A DNA stretch of 60,031 nucleotides, from assembly GCA_035399665.1 (NCBI GenBank), contig DAOPJM010000009.1, positions 1 through 60,031 on the forward strand. The letters run 5' to 3'. Made by a program: the position numbers and the translations under genes. This document shows, one piece after another, positions 1-8,700 of this stretch. Below the pieces are notes generated by a model. That model had not been told where the DNA came from. It did no database searches and saw only the letters and a program-made list of their open reading frames with translations. Position 1 is the stretch's first letter, and every line of letters starts with the position of its first letter. The DNA is from Clostridia bacterium (GTDB lineage Bacteria; Bacillota; Clostridia; Christensenellales; CAG-138).

Positions 1-53
1 CAAAATCCGTTGGTAGCGATACCGTGTGGGTTCGAGTCCCACCTTCGGCACCA
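1..53 (+). tRNA. tRNA-Leu (probably CAA), 3' part only; 5' half lies outside the window
   Basis: Window opens in the anticodon loop (CAAAA), then long variable arm GGTA-GCGA-TACC, T-arm GTGGG-TTCGAGT-CCCAC, acceptor 3' strand CTTCGGC-A and encoded CCA at 51-53. Confidence 0.85.
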
Positions 54-62
54 AAAACGAAG

Positions 63-94
63 ATACGCTTGGATAATACTCCAAGCGTATTTTT
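63..94. terminator. Intrinsic terminator between tRNA-Leu and convergent hbd
   Basis: 11-bp stem ATACGCTTGGA/TCCAAGCGTAT, 6-nt loop, T-run after and A-run before. Confidence 0.8.
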
Positions 95-142
95 GATTGC
101 TCTATGAAAAGATGAGGATTCATTGCATCGAAGCTTCGATTG

Positions 143-1012
143 TCAGTTGTCAATAGGTCGCTTCCCGTTTATCGGGTCATAGACATAGAAGCCTTTTCCG
201 CTCTTAACACCGAGGTTTCCGCCGCGAACCATCTTGCGAAGCAACGGGCAGACTCTGTATTTACTGTCCTGGGTCTCGCTGTACAGCACGTCCATAATGG
301 CAAGGCAGACGTCAAGGCCGATAAAGTCGCCCAGTTCAAGCGGACCCATTGGGTGGTTAGCCCCAAGACGCATGGCAGAGTCAATATCAAAGATTGAAGC
401 TACTCCCTCCATTTTGATAAAAGCGGCCTCATTGATCATTGGAATGAGTATCCGATTGACCACAAAGCCCGCCGCTTCATGTACCTCAACGGGGGTTTTG
501 CCAATGCCTTGAGCTATGTCCTTAACGCTCTCAACCATCGTGTTCGGCGTATTCACGCCTGCGATAACCTCAACAAGCTTCATCCTGTCAGCGGGGTTGA
601 AGAAATGCATTCCGCAGACGGGGTGGGAGAGACCATTGCCTATCGCGGTTATGGATAGGCTTGAAGTATTGGTCGTGAATATGCACTCAGGCTTTGTTAA
701 GTTATCGAGCATAGCAAAGGTCTCACGCTTTACCTTGAGGTCTTCAAACGCCGCTTCGACGATAAGATCACAGTCTGCACACAGATCCTGCGCAAGACCC
801 GCGCTAATACGGCTCATTACGGCTTCAACCTGATCTAAGCTCATCTTGCCTTTCGCGACAAGTTTGTCATAGCCTTTCCGAATCTTTGCAAGGCTGTTGT
901 CAGCCCACTCTTGCTTGATGTCACAAAGCACAACGCTGTACCCCTCATACAGGGCGAACGCTTTGGCTATGCCTTGCCCCATGGTTCCCGCGCCAATGAC
1001 GCCTACTTTCAT
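143..1012 (-). CDS. hbd: 3-hydroxybutyryl-CoA dehydrogenase
   Basis: Rossmann VIGAGTMG, IVEAAFE, NTSSLS, GMHFFNP, GFVVNR, NHPMGPLELGDFIGLD motifs; follows crt. Confidence 0.93.
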   Translation of the reverse strand: MKVGVIGAGTMGQGIAKAFALYEGYSVVLCDIKQEWADNSLAKIRKGYDKLVAKGKMSLDQVEAVMSRISAGLAQDLCADCDLIVEAAFEDLKVKRETFAMLDNLTKPECIFTTNTSSLSITAIGNGLSHPVCGMHFFNPADRMKLVEVIAGVNTPNTMVESVKDIAQGIGKTPVEVHEAAGFVVNRILIPMINEAAFIKMEGVASIFDIDSAMRLGANHPMGPLELGDFIGLDVCLAIMDVLYSETQDSKYRVCPLLRKMVRGGNLGVKSGKGFYVYDPINGKRPIDN

Positions 1013-1024
1013 TTTACAGCCTCC

Positions 1025-1816
1025 TTAATTATTAGTGAATTGGGGTTTGGGCTTGGGCCTTTCCCTGCTGAGAAAGCAGGACATACCCTCGACCTGGTCA
1101 TGAGTTTCAAAGCAGTCGCCGAACATGGCTTCCTCTATGGCAAGACCCTGCCAAATCGACACCTGCATACCCTCGTTCATAGCTTTCTTGCATCCGCGTA
1201 CCGCGATGGGCGCGTTGGCTGCAATGCGTGCCGCAAGCTCCAAAGCCCTGTCCATCAGCTCTTCCTGCGGGTAGACCCAGTTGACGAGACCTATCCTCAA
1301 GGCCTGCTCTGCCGTGATAAATTCGCCGGTGAAAAGCATCTCCTTGGCAACTCCATGACCGACAAGCCTGATGAGCCGTTGCGTGCCACCAAAGCCGGGG
1401 GTGATACCTAAGCCTGTTTCAGGCTGACCGAATACCGCGTTCTCGGAGCAAAGGCGAATGTCGCAGCTCATGGCAAGCTCGTTGCCGCCGCCCAAGGCAT
1501 AGCCGTTCACGGCAGCAATGACGGGGAGGGGGAACCACTCAATCATATGAAAGAAGTCGTTGCCCATCTTGCCAAAAGCCGCTCCTTCCATCTTTGACAT
1601 CTTGGACATGGCGGCTATATCTGCGCCCGCAACGAAGCTCTTTTTGCCGGCTCCTGTGAGTATGACGCAGCGAATGACCTTTTGGTTTATCTGTGAAAAT
1701 GCCATGCGCAGCTCCGTCAAAACAGTCTCGTCAAGGGAGTTTAGCGTTTCAGGTCTGTCTATGGTAATTATTCCGATATTACCGCGGGATTCTGTTGTTA
1801 CATATTTCAAGCTCAT
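1025..1816 (-). CDS. crt: Crotonase / short-chain enoyl-CoA hydratase
   Basis: FVAGADI, AAVNGYALGGGNELAMSCDIR, FGQPETGLGITPGFGGTQRL; GGAGG RBS. Confidence 0.92.
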   Translation of the reverse strand: MSLKYVTTESRGNIGIITIDRPETLNSLDETVLTELRMAFSQINQKVIRCVILTGAGKKSFVAGADIAAMSKMSKMEGAAFGKMGNDFFHMIEWFPLPVIAAVNGYALGGGNELAMSCDIRLCSENAVFGQPETGLGITPGFGGTQRLIRLVGHGVAKEMLFTGEFITAEQALRIGLVNWVYPQEELMDRALELAARIAANAPIAVRGCKKAMNEGMQVSIWQGLAIEEAMFGDCFETHDQVEGMSCFLSRERPKPKPQFTNN

Positions 1817-1860
1817 TCCTCCATAAAGGCGACGTTTGTCCGCAGCGTCCTTATCATATA

Positions 1861-1889
1861 ATAATAACCTGTTGCATTTTGGCTGTCAA
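1861..1889 (-). promoter_or_regulatory. sigmaA promoter of crt-hbd
   Basis: TTGACA-17-TATTAT on the minus strand upstream of crt. Confidence 0.7.
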
Positions 1890-1929
1890 GAAAAATCAAT
1901 TGCATGAATGCAGGACTTATTACCCAAAG

Positions 1930-1966
1930 AAAGCCCGAAAATCGCTTTTGACGACTTTCGGGTTTT
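1930..1966 (-). terminator. Terminator downstream of the ABC exporter operon
   Basis: Imperfect stem AAAGCCCGAAAATCG/CGACTTTCGGGTTTT just past the stop at 2000. Confidence 0.6.
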
Positions 1967-1999
1967 TCACTTGTTATCTCTGTTTTGCCATGCCTATTA

Positions 2000-3826
2000 T
2001 CAAGACAGTTCAAACATTCCCATGTACAGCTGATAGTACTTACCACGCTGCTTTAGCAGACTGTCATGGTTGCCGCGCTCGATTATTTCCCCGTTTTCAA
2101 GCACGATTATTGCATCTGAGTTGCGAACGGTAGACAGCCTATGAGCTATTACGAACACCGTACGTCCCTTCATCAGCTCATCCATGCCATGCTCAATGAG
2201 CGCTTCCGTTCGTGTATCGATAGAGCTTGTTGCTTCGTCAAGCACCAGCACGGGCGGATCCACGACTATAGCCCTTGCTATGGCGATAAGCTGTCTTTGA
2301 CCTTGCGACAGGTTCGCGCCGTCAGCGGTCAACACCGTCTCGTAGCCTTGCGGAAGGTGCGAGATGAAGAAGTGAGCGTTGACGCGTTTCGCTGCGGCTA
2401 TTACCTCCTCGTCCGTTGCACCAAGCTTGCCGTAACGGATATTGTCCATGACCGAACCGGTGAATAGGTGCGTGTCCTGAAGAACCATTGCCAACGAACG
2501 CCTGAGGTCATCCTTCTTTATGTCCTTGACGTCTATTCCGTCGTAGGTAATACTTCCCTCCTGAACATCGTAGAAGCGATTCAATAGATTGGTGATGGTT
2601 GTCTTGCCCGCACCCGTAGAGCCTACGAACGCAAGCTTCTGTCCGGGCTTTGCATACAGCTCAATGTGCTTAAGCACCTCATGTTCTCCGTCGTAGCTGA
2701 AGCTTACATCGTGGAAACGTACGTCGCCGCGCAGGGGGACAGAGCCCTTGTCGGGGTACTGCCATGACCAGCTTTCGCCGTCGCGTTCAAGTGTTACAAC
2801 ACCGTCGTCAACCTCTGCGGGCATACCGATTAGGTTGAAGATACGCTCCGCGCCCGCAAGCGCGTTAAGTATGTTCGTGGCAAGCTGAGATATCTGCGTT
2901 ACTGGATTGCCAAACTGCTTAGAATATTGCAGGAAAGCGGCGAGAGTGCCTATATCCGTCTTGTCTGCTATGATGAGAGAAGTACCGACAACCGCGGTCG
3001 AGGCGAACAGGATGTAGCCGAGATTTCCCATGATGGGCATCAAAACCATGGAGTAAGCGTTTGCCTTTGAGGAGGCGTCTCGAAGAGTTTCGGTGATAAC
3101 GTCGAAATCTGCGCGGGCCTTGCTCTCGTGACCGAACACCTTAATCTCACGCTGCCCTTCGATCATTTCCTCAATATAGCCGTTTGCCTTCGCAAGCGCC
3201 TGCTGACGCTTTCTAAAGAAGCTCATGGATCGTTTTCCGATGATCTGGGTTACAAGCAGCATTAGTGCGAATATCCCCAGAACAAGTATGGTAAGCCGCC
3301 AAGAAAGCACTATCATCATAACCAGTATACCGATTACTGTGCAGCTGCTTGAAACTATGTTTGGCAAAGCGTTGCCTATAAGCTCTCTTAGGGCGTCGGT
3401 ATCGTTGGAGAAACGGCTCATAATCTCGCCGTGGGTACGCTCATCGTAATACTTTAAGGGCAGCTTTTGCAGGTGCGCGAAGGTGGTTTCGCGTATGTTC
3501 ATCAGGACATTAGTCGAAATGACGAGTAAGAAACGCTGCGATATATACGACAGCCCGACCGAGAGAGCGTAAACACATCCGATGAGTATCACATATCCGA
3601 TGAATTCGCTGTAATCGCTGCTCCCTGTGAGAAACATGTTTGTCGCTATGTTAAAGATGGGCTTCATTAGGTATGTACCTATGACTATGCCCACGCTGGA
3701 GAGCATCATCATCACAAGGGCGGCCAGCATACGGAAGCGGTAACGCCCTATATAGGATAAGAGGCTCAGCAGGGTCTTCTTTGTATCCTTAGGCTTGGAG
3801 AAGCCTTTGCGCATTGGTCCGGGCAT
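2000..3826 (-). CDS. ABC exporter subunit (TMD+NBD), canonical-site half of a heterodimer
   Basis: N-terminal TM helices, Walker A GSTGAGKT, signature LSQGQ, Walker B VLDEA, H-loop AHR. Confidence 0.9.
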   Translation of the reverse strand: MPGPMRKGFSKPKDTKKTLLSLLSYIGRYRFRMLAALVMMMLSSVGIVIGTYLMKPIFNIATNMFLTGSSDYSEFIGYVILIGCVYALSVGLSYISQRFLLVISTNVLMNIRETTFAHLQKLPLKYYDERTHGEIMSRFSNDTDALRELIGNALPNIVSSSCTVIGILVMMIVLSWRLTILVLGIFALMLLVTQIIGKRSMSFFRKRQQALAKANGYIEEMIEGQREIKVFGHESKARADFDVITETLRDASSKANAYSMVLMPIMGNLGYILFASTAVVGTSLIIADKTDIGTLAAFLQYSKQFGNPVTQISQLATNILNALAGAERIFNLIGMPAEVDDGVVTLERDGESWSWQYPDKGSVPLRGDVRFHDVSFSYDGEHEVLKHIELYAKPGQKLAFVGSTGAGKTTITNLLNRFYDVQEGSITYDGIDVKDIKKDDLRRSLAMVLQDTHLFTGSVMDNIRYGKLGATDEEVIAAAKRVNAHFFISHLPQGYETVLTADGANLSQGQRQLIAIARAIVVDPPVLVLDEATSSIDTRTEALIEHGMDELMKGRTVFVIAHRLSTVRNSDAIIVLENGEIIERGNHDSLLKQRGKYYQLYMGMFELS

Positions 3827-5560
3827 TTACTCCACCCCCTTTTGCTGAGAATAATAGACTTCTTGGTAGATCTGGTTGTTCCTTAGCAGTTCCTCATGTG
3901 TACCGACAGCGTTGATTCGTCCATCATCAAGCACGACTATCCTGTCTGCGTCAATAACTGAGTTAATTCGCTGCGCAATGATAATTTTGGTCGTGTCAGG
4001 AAGCACTTCACGGAATCCGTTTCGAATCTTTGCGTCTGTCGCAGTATCCACGGCAGAGGTGGAATCGTCAAGTATCAGTATCTTGGGGTGTACAAGCAAA
4101 GCTCTGGCTATGCACAGACGCTGCTTCTGCCCGCCTGAAACGTTGACGCCGCCCTGTCCAAGGTCGTAGTCATAGCCCTCGGGAAGCTTGCTGATGAACT
4201 CGTCGGCGCAGGCTATCTCACACGCGGAGGCGATCTCAGCGTCGCTTGCCTCTGCGTTGCCCCAACGCAGGTTGGCGCGTATCGTTCCTGAAAACAGGAC
4301 ATTTTTCTGGAGAACCATACCAATGGAATTCCTCAGAGTCTCCAAGGAGTATTGCTTAACGTCGTGACCGCCAACCTTCAGCTCGCCCGACATGACGTCA
4401 TAAAGCCTCGGAATAAGTTGAACGAGAGAGGTCTTGCCCGAGCCGCTGCCGCCGATTACGCCTATCACCTCACCCGACTTGATGTGAAGGTCTATATCAG
4501 TCAAGGTCAGGTTGTTCGCGTCGTCCGAATAAGAGAAGCTTACATGGTCGAAGTCCACCGAACCATCAGAAACCACAAGCTTGCAGTCGGGGTTGTCGGC
4601 TATTGCGGGAACTTCGTCAAGCACTTCAACTATTCGCTTAACGGAAGCCGCGGAAAGGACGAGGTTCACAAAGAACATCGATATCATCATGAGCGACATA
4701 AGGATGTTGGACACATAGCTTATGAAGCTGATGAGCGCGCCCGATTCAAGCGTACCCACAGCTATGTCTCTGCCGCCGAACCAGATGACGGCGGTTATGC
4801 ATGCATACAGCGTGAACTGCATAATTGGCATGGTGAGTATCAACAGCTTTTCGGCGTTGAACTGCGCTTTACGTACCGCGTCGGCGCTCTTATTAAACTT
4901 TTTCTCCTCATAGTCGCTTCGCACGAAAGCCTTGACCACGCGAATGGCGACGAGGTTCTCCTGCGTGGACGCGTTCAGTTCATCATATCGCTTGAGCATT
5001 TCCATGAATCTCGGAAAGGTCTTGAGTGAGATAACGGCTACAGCTGCCGCAAGTATTGGTATGGCGGCTACAAGGATGACGGAAAGGTTGCCGGATATGC
5101 GAACGGACATGATGACCGCCATTATGAGCATCAGAGGGCTTCTGAACATCATACGCAAACACATCATGTAGGACTGCTGTACAAAGGTTATGTCCTGCGT
5201 CAGCCTTGTAATAAGAGAAGGCGTGGTGAACTTATCCGAGTTCTTAAATGAGAATTGGGTTAGGCTTGAAAACACTCCTCGGCGCAGATTGCGAGCAAAG
5301 CCGTTTGAGCCTTTCGCGGCGAATACCGCGGAAAGAGCACCCAAAACAAGGGCGAAAAACGCCATGATTATCATCCTTGCGCCCATTGAATAAACATAGT
5401 TATAGTCGCCGGTTTGTATGCCGTTGTCGATTAGATTGCCCATCATGGTTGGTATGGCGGTCTCCAAAAGCACCTCTCCTATTATGCAGATTGGCGCGAG
5501 TATGGAAACAAACTTATATTCGCGGACGAACTTGAGCAGCTTCTTGATATAGTACATCAT
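3827..5560 (-). CDS. ABC exporter subunit (TMD+NBD), degenerate-site half (TM287/EfrA-like)
   Basis: Walker A GGSGSGKT, signature VSGGQ, degenerate Walker B ILDDS and H-loop AQR; abuts the partner gene. Confidence 0.9.
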   Translation of the reverse strand: MMYYIKKLLKFVREYKFVSILAPICIIGEVLLETAIPTMMGNLIDNGIQTGDYNYVYSMGARMIIMAFFALVLGALSAVFAAKGSNGFARNLRRGVFSSLTQFSFKNSDKFTTPSLITRLTQDITFVQQSYMMCLRMMFRSPLMLIMAVIMSVRISGNLSVILVAAIPILAAAVAVISLKTFPRFMEMLKRYDELNASTQENLVAIRVVKAFVRSDYEEKKFNKSADAVRKAQFNAEKLLILTMPIMQFTLYACITAVIWFGGRDIAVGTLESGALISFISYVSNILMSLMMISMFFVNLVLSAASVKRIVEVLDEVPAIADNPDCKLVVSDGSVDFDHVSFSYSDDANNLTLTDIDLHIKSGEVIGVIGGSGSGKTSLVQLIPRLYDVMSGELKVGGHDVKQYSLETLRNSIGMVLQKNVLFSGTIRANLRWGNAEASDAEIASACEIACADEFISKLPEGYDYDLGQGGVNVSGGQKQRLCIARALLVHPKILILDDSTSAVDTATDAKIRNGFREVLPDTTKIIIAQRINSVIDADRIVVLDDGRINAVGTHEELLRNNQIYQEVYYSQQKGVE

Positions 5561-6081
5561 CTGCTTCGTCCTCCGTCATGTCTGCCGCCGCCATGATGTC
5601 CGCCGTGATGGTGCATACAGGGAGCGCACAGATCATCCTCGGAGGTTTCTTTTTGTAAAGCAGCTATCATTTTGTCCATGAGCGCGGCAAAGGTCTCCTG
5701 CTCCTCAGGCGTGAGTGCGTCAAATGTCAAAGCGTCCGTGGTATCAAAACCCGCACGACATTTGGCGGCCAGCGCTTCGCCGTCGGGGGTAGGGTAGAGC
5801 CTGTTACTTCTGCGGTTCTCTGAATCTACCTCACGCACAATCAAACCCGAGTCCTCAAGCCTGCGGCAAGAGTTGGTTATGGTCGGCGCCGAAACCTTCA
5901 GCCATTCGCATAGGTCACGCTGCGCACAGCCCTTGTTGTTGATGATGCACTCCAACACGGGCAATTGCCCCATGTGAAGCTGCATATCGGGATTCAATTT
6001 CCAAATCGAGCTGCGGCGAAGCGATTTCAACATAATCAACTTCCAACCAAGCTCGCGGTACGATTTTGTCTTGTCTTCCAT
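5557..6081 (-). CDS. MarR family transcriptional regulator with Cys/His/Gly-rich tail
   Basis: wHTH pattern QRDLCEWLKVSAPTITNSCRRLEDSGLIVREVDSENRRSNRLYPT; GGAGG RBS; 4-bp overlap with the ABC gene. Confidence 0.88.
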   Translation of the reverse strand: MEDKTKSYRELGWKLIMLKSLRRSSIWKLNPDMQLHMGQLPVLECIINNKGCAQRDLCEWLKVSAPTITNSCRRLEDSGLIVREVDSENRRSNRLYPTPDGEALAAKCRAGFDTTDALTFDALTPEEQETFAALMDKMIAALQKETSEDDLCAPCMHHHGGHHGGGRHDGGRSR

Positions 6082-6115
6082 GTACCCTCCTGTATAAATA
6101 CTTAATCAACTTACA

Positions 6116-6129
6116 GTTAGTAGACTAAC
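6116..6129. promoter_or_regulatory. Candidate MarR operator
   Basis: Palindrome GTTAGT-AG-ACTAAC immediately downstream of the predicted +1 of the marR promoter. Confidence 0.6.
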
Positions 6130-6136
6130 AGATAGG

Positions 6137-6165
6137 ATTATACGACTATTGATTTGGATTGTCAA
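6137..6165 (-). promoter_or_regulatory. sigmaA promoter of the marR-ABC operon
   Basis: Perfect TTGACA-17-TATAAT on the minus strand. Confidence 0.85.
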
Positions 6166-6201
6166 GAAAAACTTATGTTATGTGAATACGAGATATGATG
6201 G

Positions 6202-6966
6202 CTACTGCTGTTGAGCCTTTTGCCGTGTTGCCAAGATTGAAAAGACCGAATACAGAGCGAAGCTTAATGCGGCAAGCATTCTGCAATATAGCGGATAGCT
6301 GCTGATGAACGATGATAGGAGCAGCATGGCTCCCAAAAGGAAATAACGAAGTCGGCCCTCGCTTGGGGTCATGAGCAGACGTTGCCGCAGCGAAACGCCC
6401 TTGCTTCTTGCATATTCGTCCTCAAGACGAGTTTGTATCTCAAGCTCTGTGGGCGCGGGCAGTCTGATAATCGAATTCAGCTCCTCCCGCGTATGAAGCT
6501 TGAGGTTGAGCCTGCTTGCTATGGCGGCGGCGTCTTTGGAGAAATCGGCAGAAGCGTACACCTCAATATCCGAGCCACAGTCGCGAAGCACATGAAATAG
6601 GTCATCAGCCTGAACATCATCCCACCTTAGAATAAGCTCCGCTTTTTGACCTATGCGCTGCTTCAGTTCATCAGTTAGCCTATCATGGTTCATCATGAGA
6701 AGCGTTTCTGCGGTAAGTTCGTTTTTGACTCGTTTTTCTTCGCCTTTTCTAAAGCTCTCGAAGCGTTTTGAGCGGCGCAGCAGGATAAGCACAAGGCATA
6801 ATATTGAGGCGGCACAAGCCACGGCATAAGATACGGTCCGCTTATTCGTCAATACAAGAACCCCGAAGAACACTATGGCGCAGCAAAGAATAAGGTCGAG
6901 CAGGCGTGCGATAAGGCTCTGACCGCGAAAGCATCGTTTCCTTTGCCATAGTGTAAAAGAATTCAT
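6202..6966 (-). CDS. Hypothetical membrane protein (2 N-terminal + 2 C-terminal TM segments)
   Basis: 254-aa ORF filling the gap between two promoters; hydrophobic stretches at both ends; start codon uncertain (no RBS). Confidence 0.65.
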   Translation of the reverse strand: MNSFTLWQRKRCFRGQSLIARLLDLILCCAIVFFGVLVLTNKRTVSYAVACAASILCLVLILLRRSKRFESFRKGEEKRVKNELTAETLLMMNHDRLTDELKQRIGQKAELILRWDDVQADDLFHVLRDCGSDIEVYASADFSKDAAAIASRLNLKLHTREELNSIIRLPAPTELEIQTRLEDEYARSKGVSLRQRLLMTPSEGRLRYFLLGAMLLLSSFISSYPLYCRMLAALSFALYSVFSILATRQKAQQQ

Positions 6967-6976
6967 AATTCAAGTG

Positions 6977-7006
6977 TTGCCCAAACGAACCGGTTTATAC
7001 TATAAT
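6977..7006 (+). promoter_or_regulatory. sigmaA promoter of nadD-yqeK-rsfS
   Basis: TTGCCC-18-TATAAT; ATG follows 6 nt after the -10. Confidence 0.65.
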
Positions 7007-7012
7007 ACTCAT

Positions 7013-8203
7013 ATGGAAATACAAAGGGAAAAGCGAATAGGGATACTCGGAGGGTCGTTCAACCCGACCCATAACGCGCATATTCGAATGGCAAGGACCG
7101 CACTTTGGGAGCTTCATCTGGACGAGGTGAGATTTTTGATTTCACGCGACCCGCCGCATAAGCATCTGTCAGGAGACGTCACCGACACGCAACGACTTGA
7201 GCTGTTGAAGCTTGCGATTAGCGTAGAGGAAGGCTTTTGCGTTGATGAGAGAGAGCTGCATCGCGAAGGCAAGAGCTATACCGTAATTTCGCTTGAACAG
7301 ATTGCACTGGAGCAGCCGGACGCAAGGCTTTATCTGATTGTGGGCAGCGATATGCTGAAGAGCTTTTCGACATGGTACAAACCCGAAAGGCTTGTGGAGC
7401 TCGCGGAGCTTGTGTGCGTTACTCGCCTTGGGCATGACGGCGGGGAAGCTGAAGCGATGGAAGCGCTCAAGGCGAACATGGGGCTTAGGGCAAGCTTGCT
7501 TGACATGAGTTTAGAGCTGTCGTCCACTGAGATTAGAAACGATGTATTTGAAGCTTTCTCGGTGCGCGGCAGCATACCCGACGCAGCGGAATGGTATATG
7601 TATAAGGAAGGCATGTATCAGCCTTCAAGCATTCGCAGATACATGGACGAGCTGAAGGAGATACTTCCGACACGAAGATACCTGCACTCAATTTCCGTAA
7701 TGCGCACCGCGATAGATCTTGCGAACATATACGGAGTGGACAGGTACAACGCAAGGCTTGCCGGCTTGCTGCATGACTGCGCAAAGAGCATGAGCCGTGA
7801 TGAGCTTAGAACTGCCGCTCCAAACAGCGACGCTCCGATTCAGGTACTTCACGCGCCTGCGGGGGCCGTGTTCGCAAGGGAGCATTTTGGAGTTACGGAT
7901 TCAGAGGTTCTTCAAGCCATAGCAAGGCACACCACGGGCGACCCGGACATGACGCTGCTTGACAAGGTGATATGCCTTGCGGACTTTATTGAGCCTCAAA
8001 GGGGCGTGGAAAGATTCGCCTCCTTGCGCAAGCTTGCCTATGAGGGCAAAAGTGAAAATGATCTCAATCGCGCGCTTATGCTTGCATTTGAGCAATCTTT
8101 CTGCTATATTAAGGGTCAGGGATACCCTGTGTTTGAAGTGAGTTACAGAACTTACGAGAGACTGAAAAAACAAACGGAGGATGATGATGGCAAAATACGG
8201 TGA
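7013..8203 (+). CDS. nadD: Fused nicotinate-nucleotide adenylyltransferase (NadD) + HD-domain Ap4A hydrolase (YqeK)
   Basis: N-half GILGGSFNPTHNAH, PPHK, SYTV, IVGSD, SSTEIR; C-half RYLHSISV, GLLHDCAK, LHAPAG, HTTG, LADFIEP; precedes rsfS as in the conserved nadD-yqeK-rsfS order. Confidence 0.9.
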   Translation: MEIQREKRIGILGGSFNPTHNAHIRMARTALWELHLDEVRFLISRDPPHKHLSGDVTDTQRLELLKLAISVEEGFCVDERELHREGKSYTVISLEQIALEQPDARLYLIVGSDMLKSFSTWYKPERLVELAELVCVTRLGHDGGEAEAMEALKANMGLRASLLDMSLELSSTEIRNDVFEAFSVRGSIPDAAEWYMYKEGMYQPSSIRRYMDELKEILPTRRYLHSISVMRTAIDLANIYGVDRYNARLAGLLHDCAKSMSRDELRTAAPNSDAPIQVLHAPAGAVFAREHFGVTDSEVLQAIARHTTGDPDMTLLDKVICLADFIEPQRGVERFASLRKLAYEGKSENDLNRALMLAFEQSFCYIKGQGYPVFEVSYRTYERLKKQTEDDDGKIR

Positions 8204-8540
8204 GTCCGAGGTGCGCGAGTTATGCGAGGCGCTGTTCAATAAGAAGGCGTTCGATATCTGTGCGATCCATGTTGCGGACAAAACGATAGTAGCGGACTGG
8301 TTCATTATCGCAAGCGGACATGTATCGATACAGGTCAAGGCACTGTGCGATGAGCTTGAGGAGAAGGCGAGGGAGCTTGGTATGCAGCTTCTCCGCAAGG
8401 AAGGCTATGAATATGGGCGTTGGATAGTCTTGGACTATGGCAGTGTTCTTGTTCACCTGTTCCATCCTGAGGAAAGGGAGTTCTACAAGTTAGAGCGACT
8501 GTGGCAGGACTCAGACAACACCATTGTGTACCCCGAATAA
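8187..8540 (+). CDS. rsfS: Ribosome silencing factor RsfS (Iojap)
   Basis: KKAFDI, ADWFIIASG, EGYEYGRWIVLDYGSVLVHLF..EEREFYKLERLW; GGAGG 6 nt before ATG 8187. Confidence 0.92.
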   Translation: MAKYGESEVRELCEALFNKKAFDICAIHVADKTIVADWFIIASGHVSIQVKALCDELEEKARELGMQLLRKEGYEYGRWIVLDYGSVLVHLFHPEEREFYKLERLWQDSDNTIVYPE

Positions 8541-8560
8541 ATCTGAATAGACAAGACATT

Positions 8561-8591
8561 GGCGTCCGCTCTATCGAGTAGGCGCCTTTTT
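8561..8591 (+). terminator. Terminator after rsfS
   Basis: GGCGTC...GGCGCC stem followed by TTTTT. Confidence 0.6.
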
Positions 8592-8646
8592 GCAATGATG
8601 ACGCAACAATAACGCATACACGAAATGTCAAATCTGGGGCTTTTAG

Positions 8647-8675
8647 TTGACCGCTTCGCTTGTGTATGATATAAT
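8647..8675 (+). promoter_or_regulatory. sigmaA promoter upstream of the lipid kinase gene
   Basis: TTGACC-17-TATAAT with extended TG. Confidence 0.75.
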
Positions 8676-8700
8676 TGCTTGATATGTTATGAGGTGGAAT

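Noticed and set aside
1-142. tRNA-Leu and the tRNA-Ser pair (38765-38958) as possible island integration sites
   Set aside because: No integrase, no duplicated tRNA 3' end and no mobile genes were seen; a terminator follows each directly.
1790-1920. Rex operator expected near the crt-hbd promoter
   Set aside because: No TTGT(T/G)AA-N4-TT(A/C)ACAA palindrome found.
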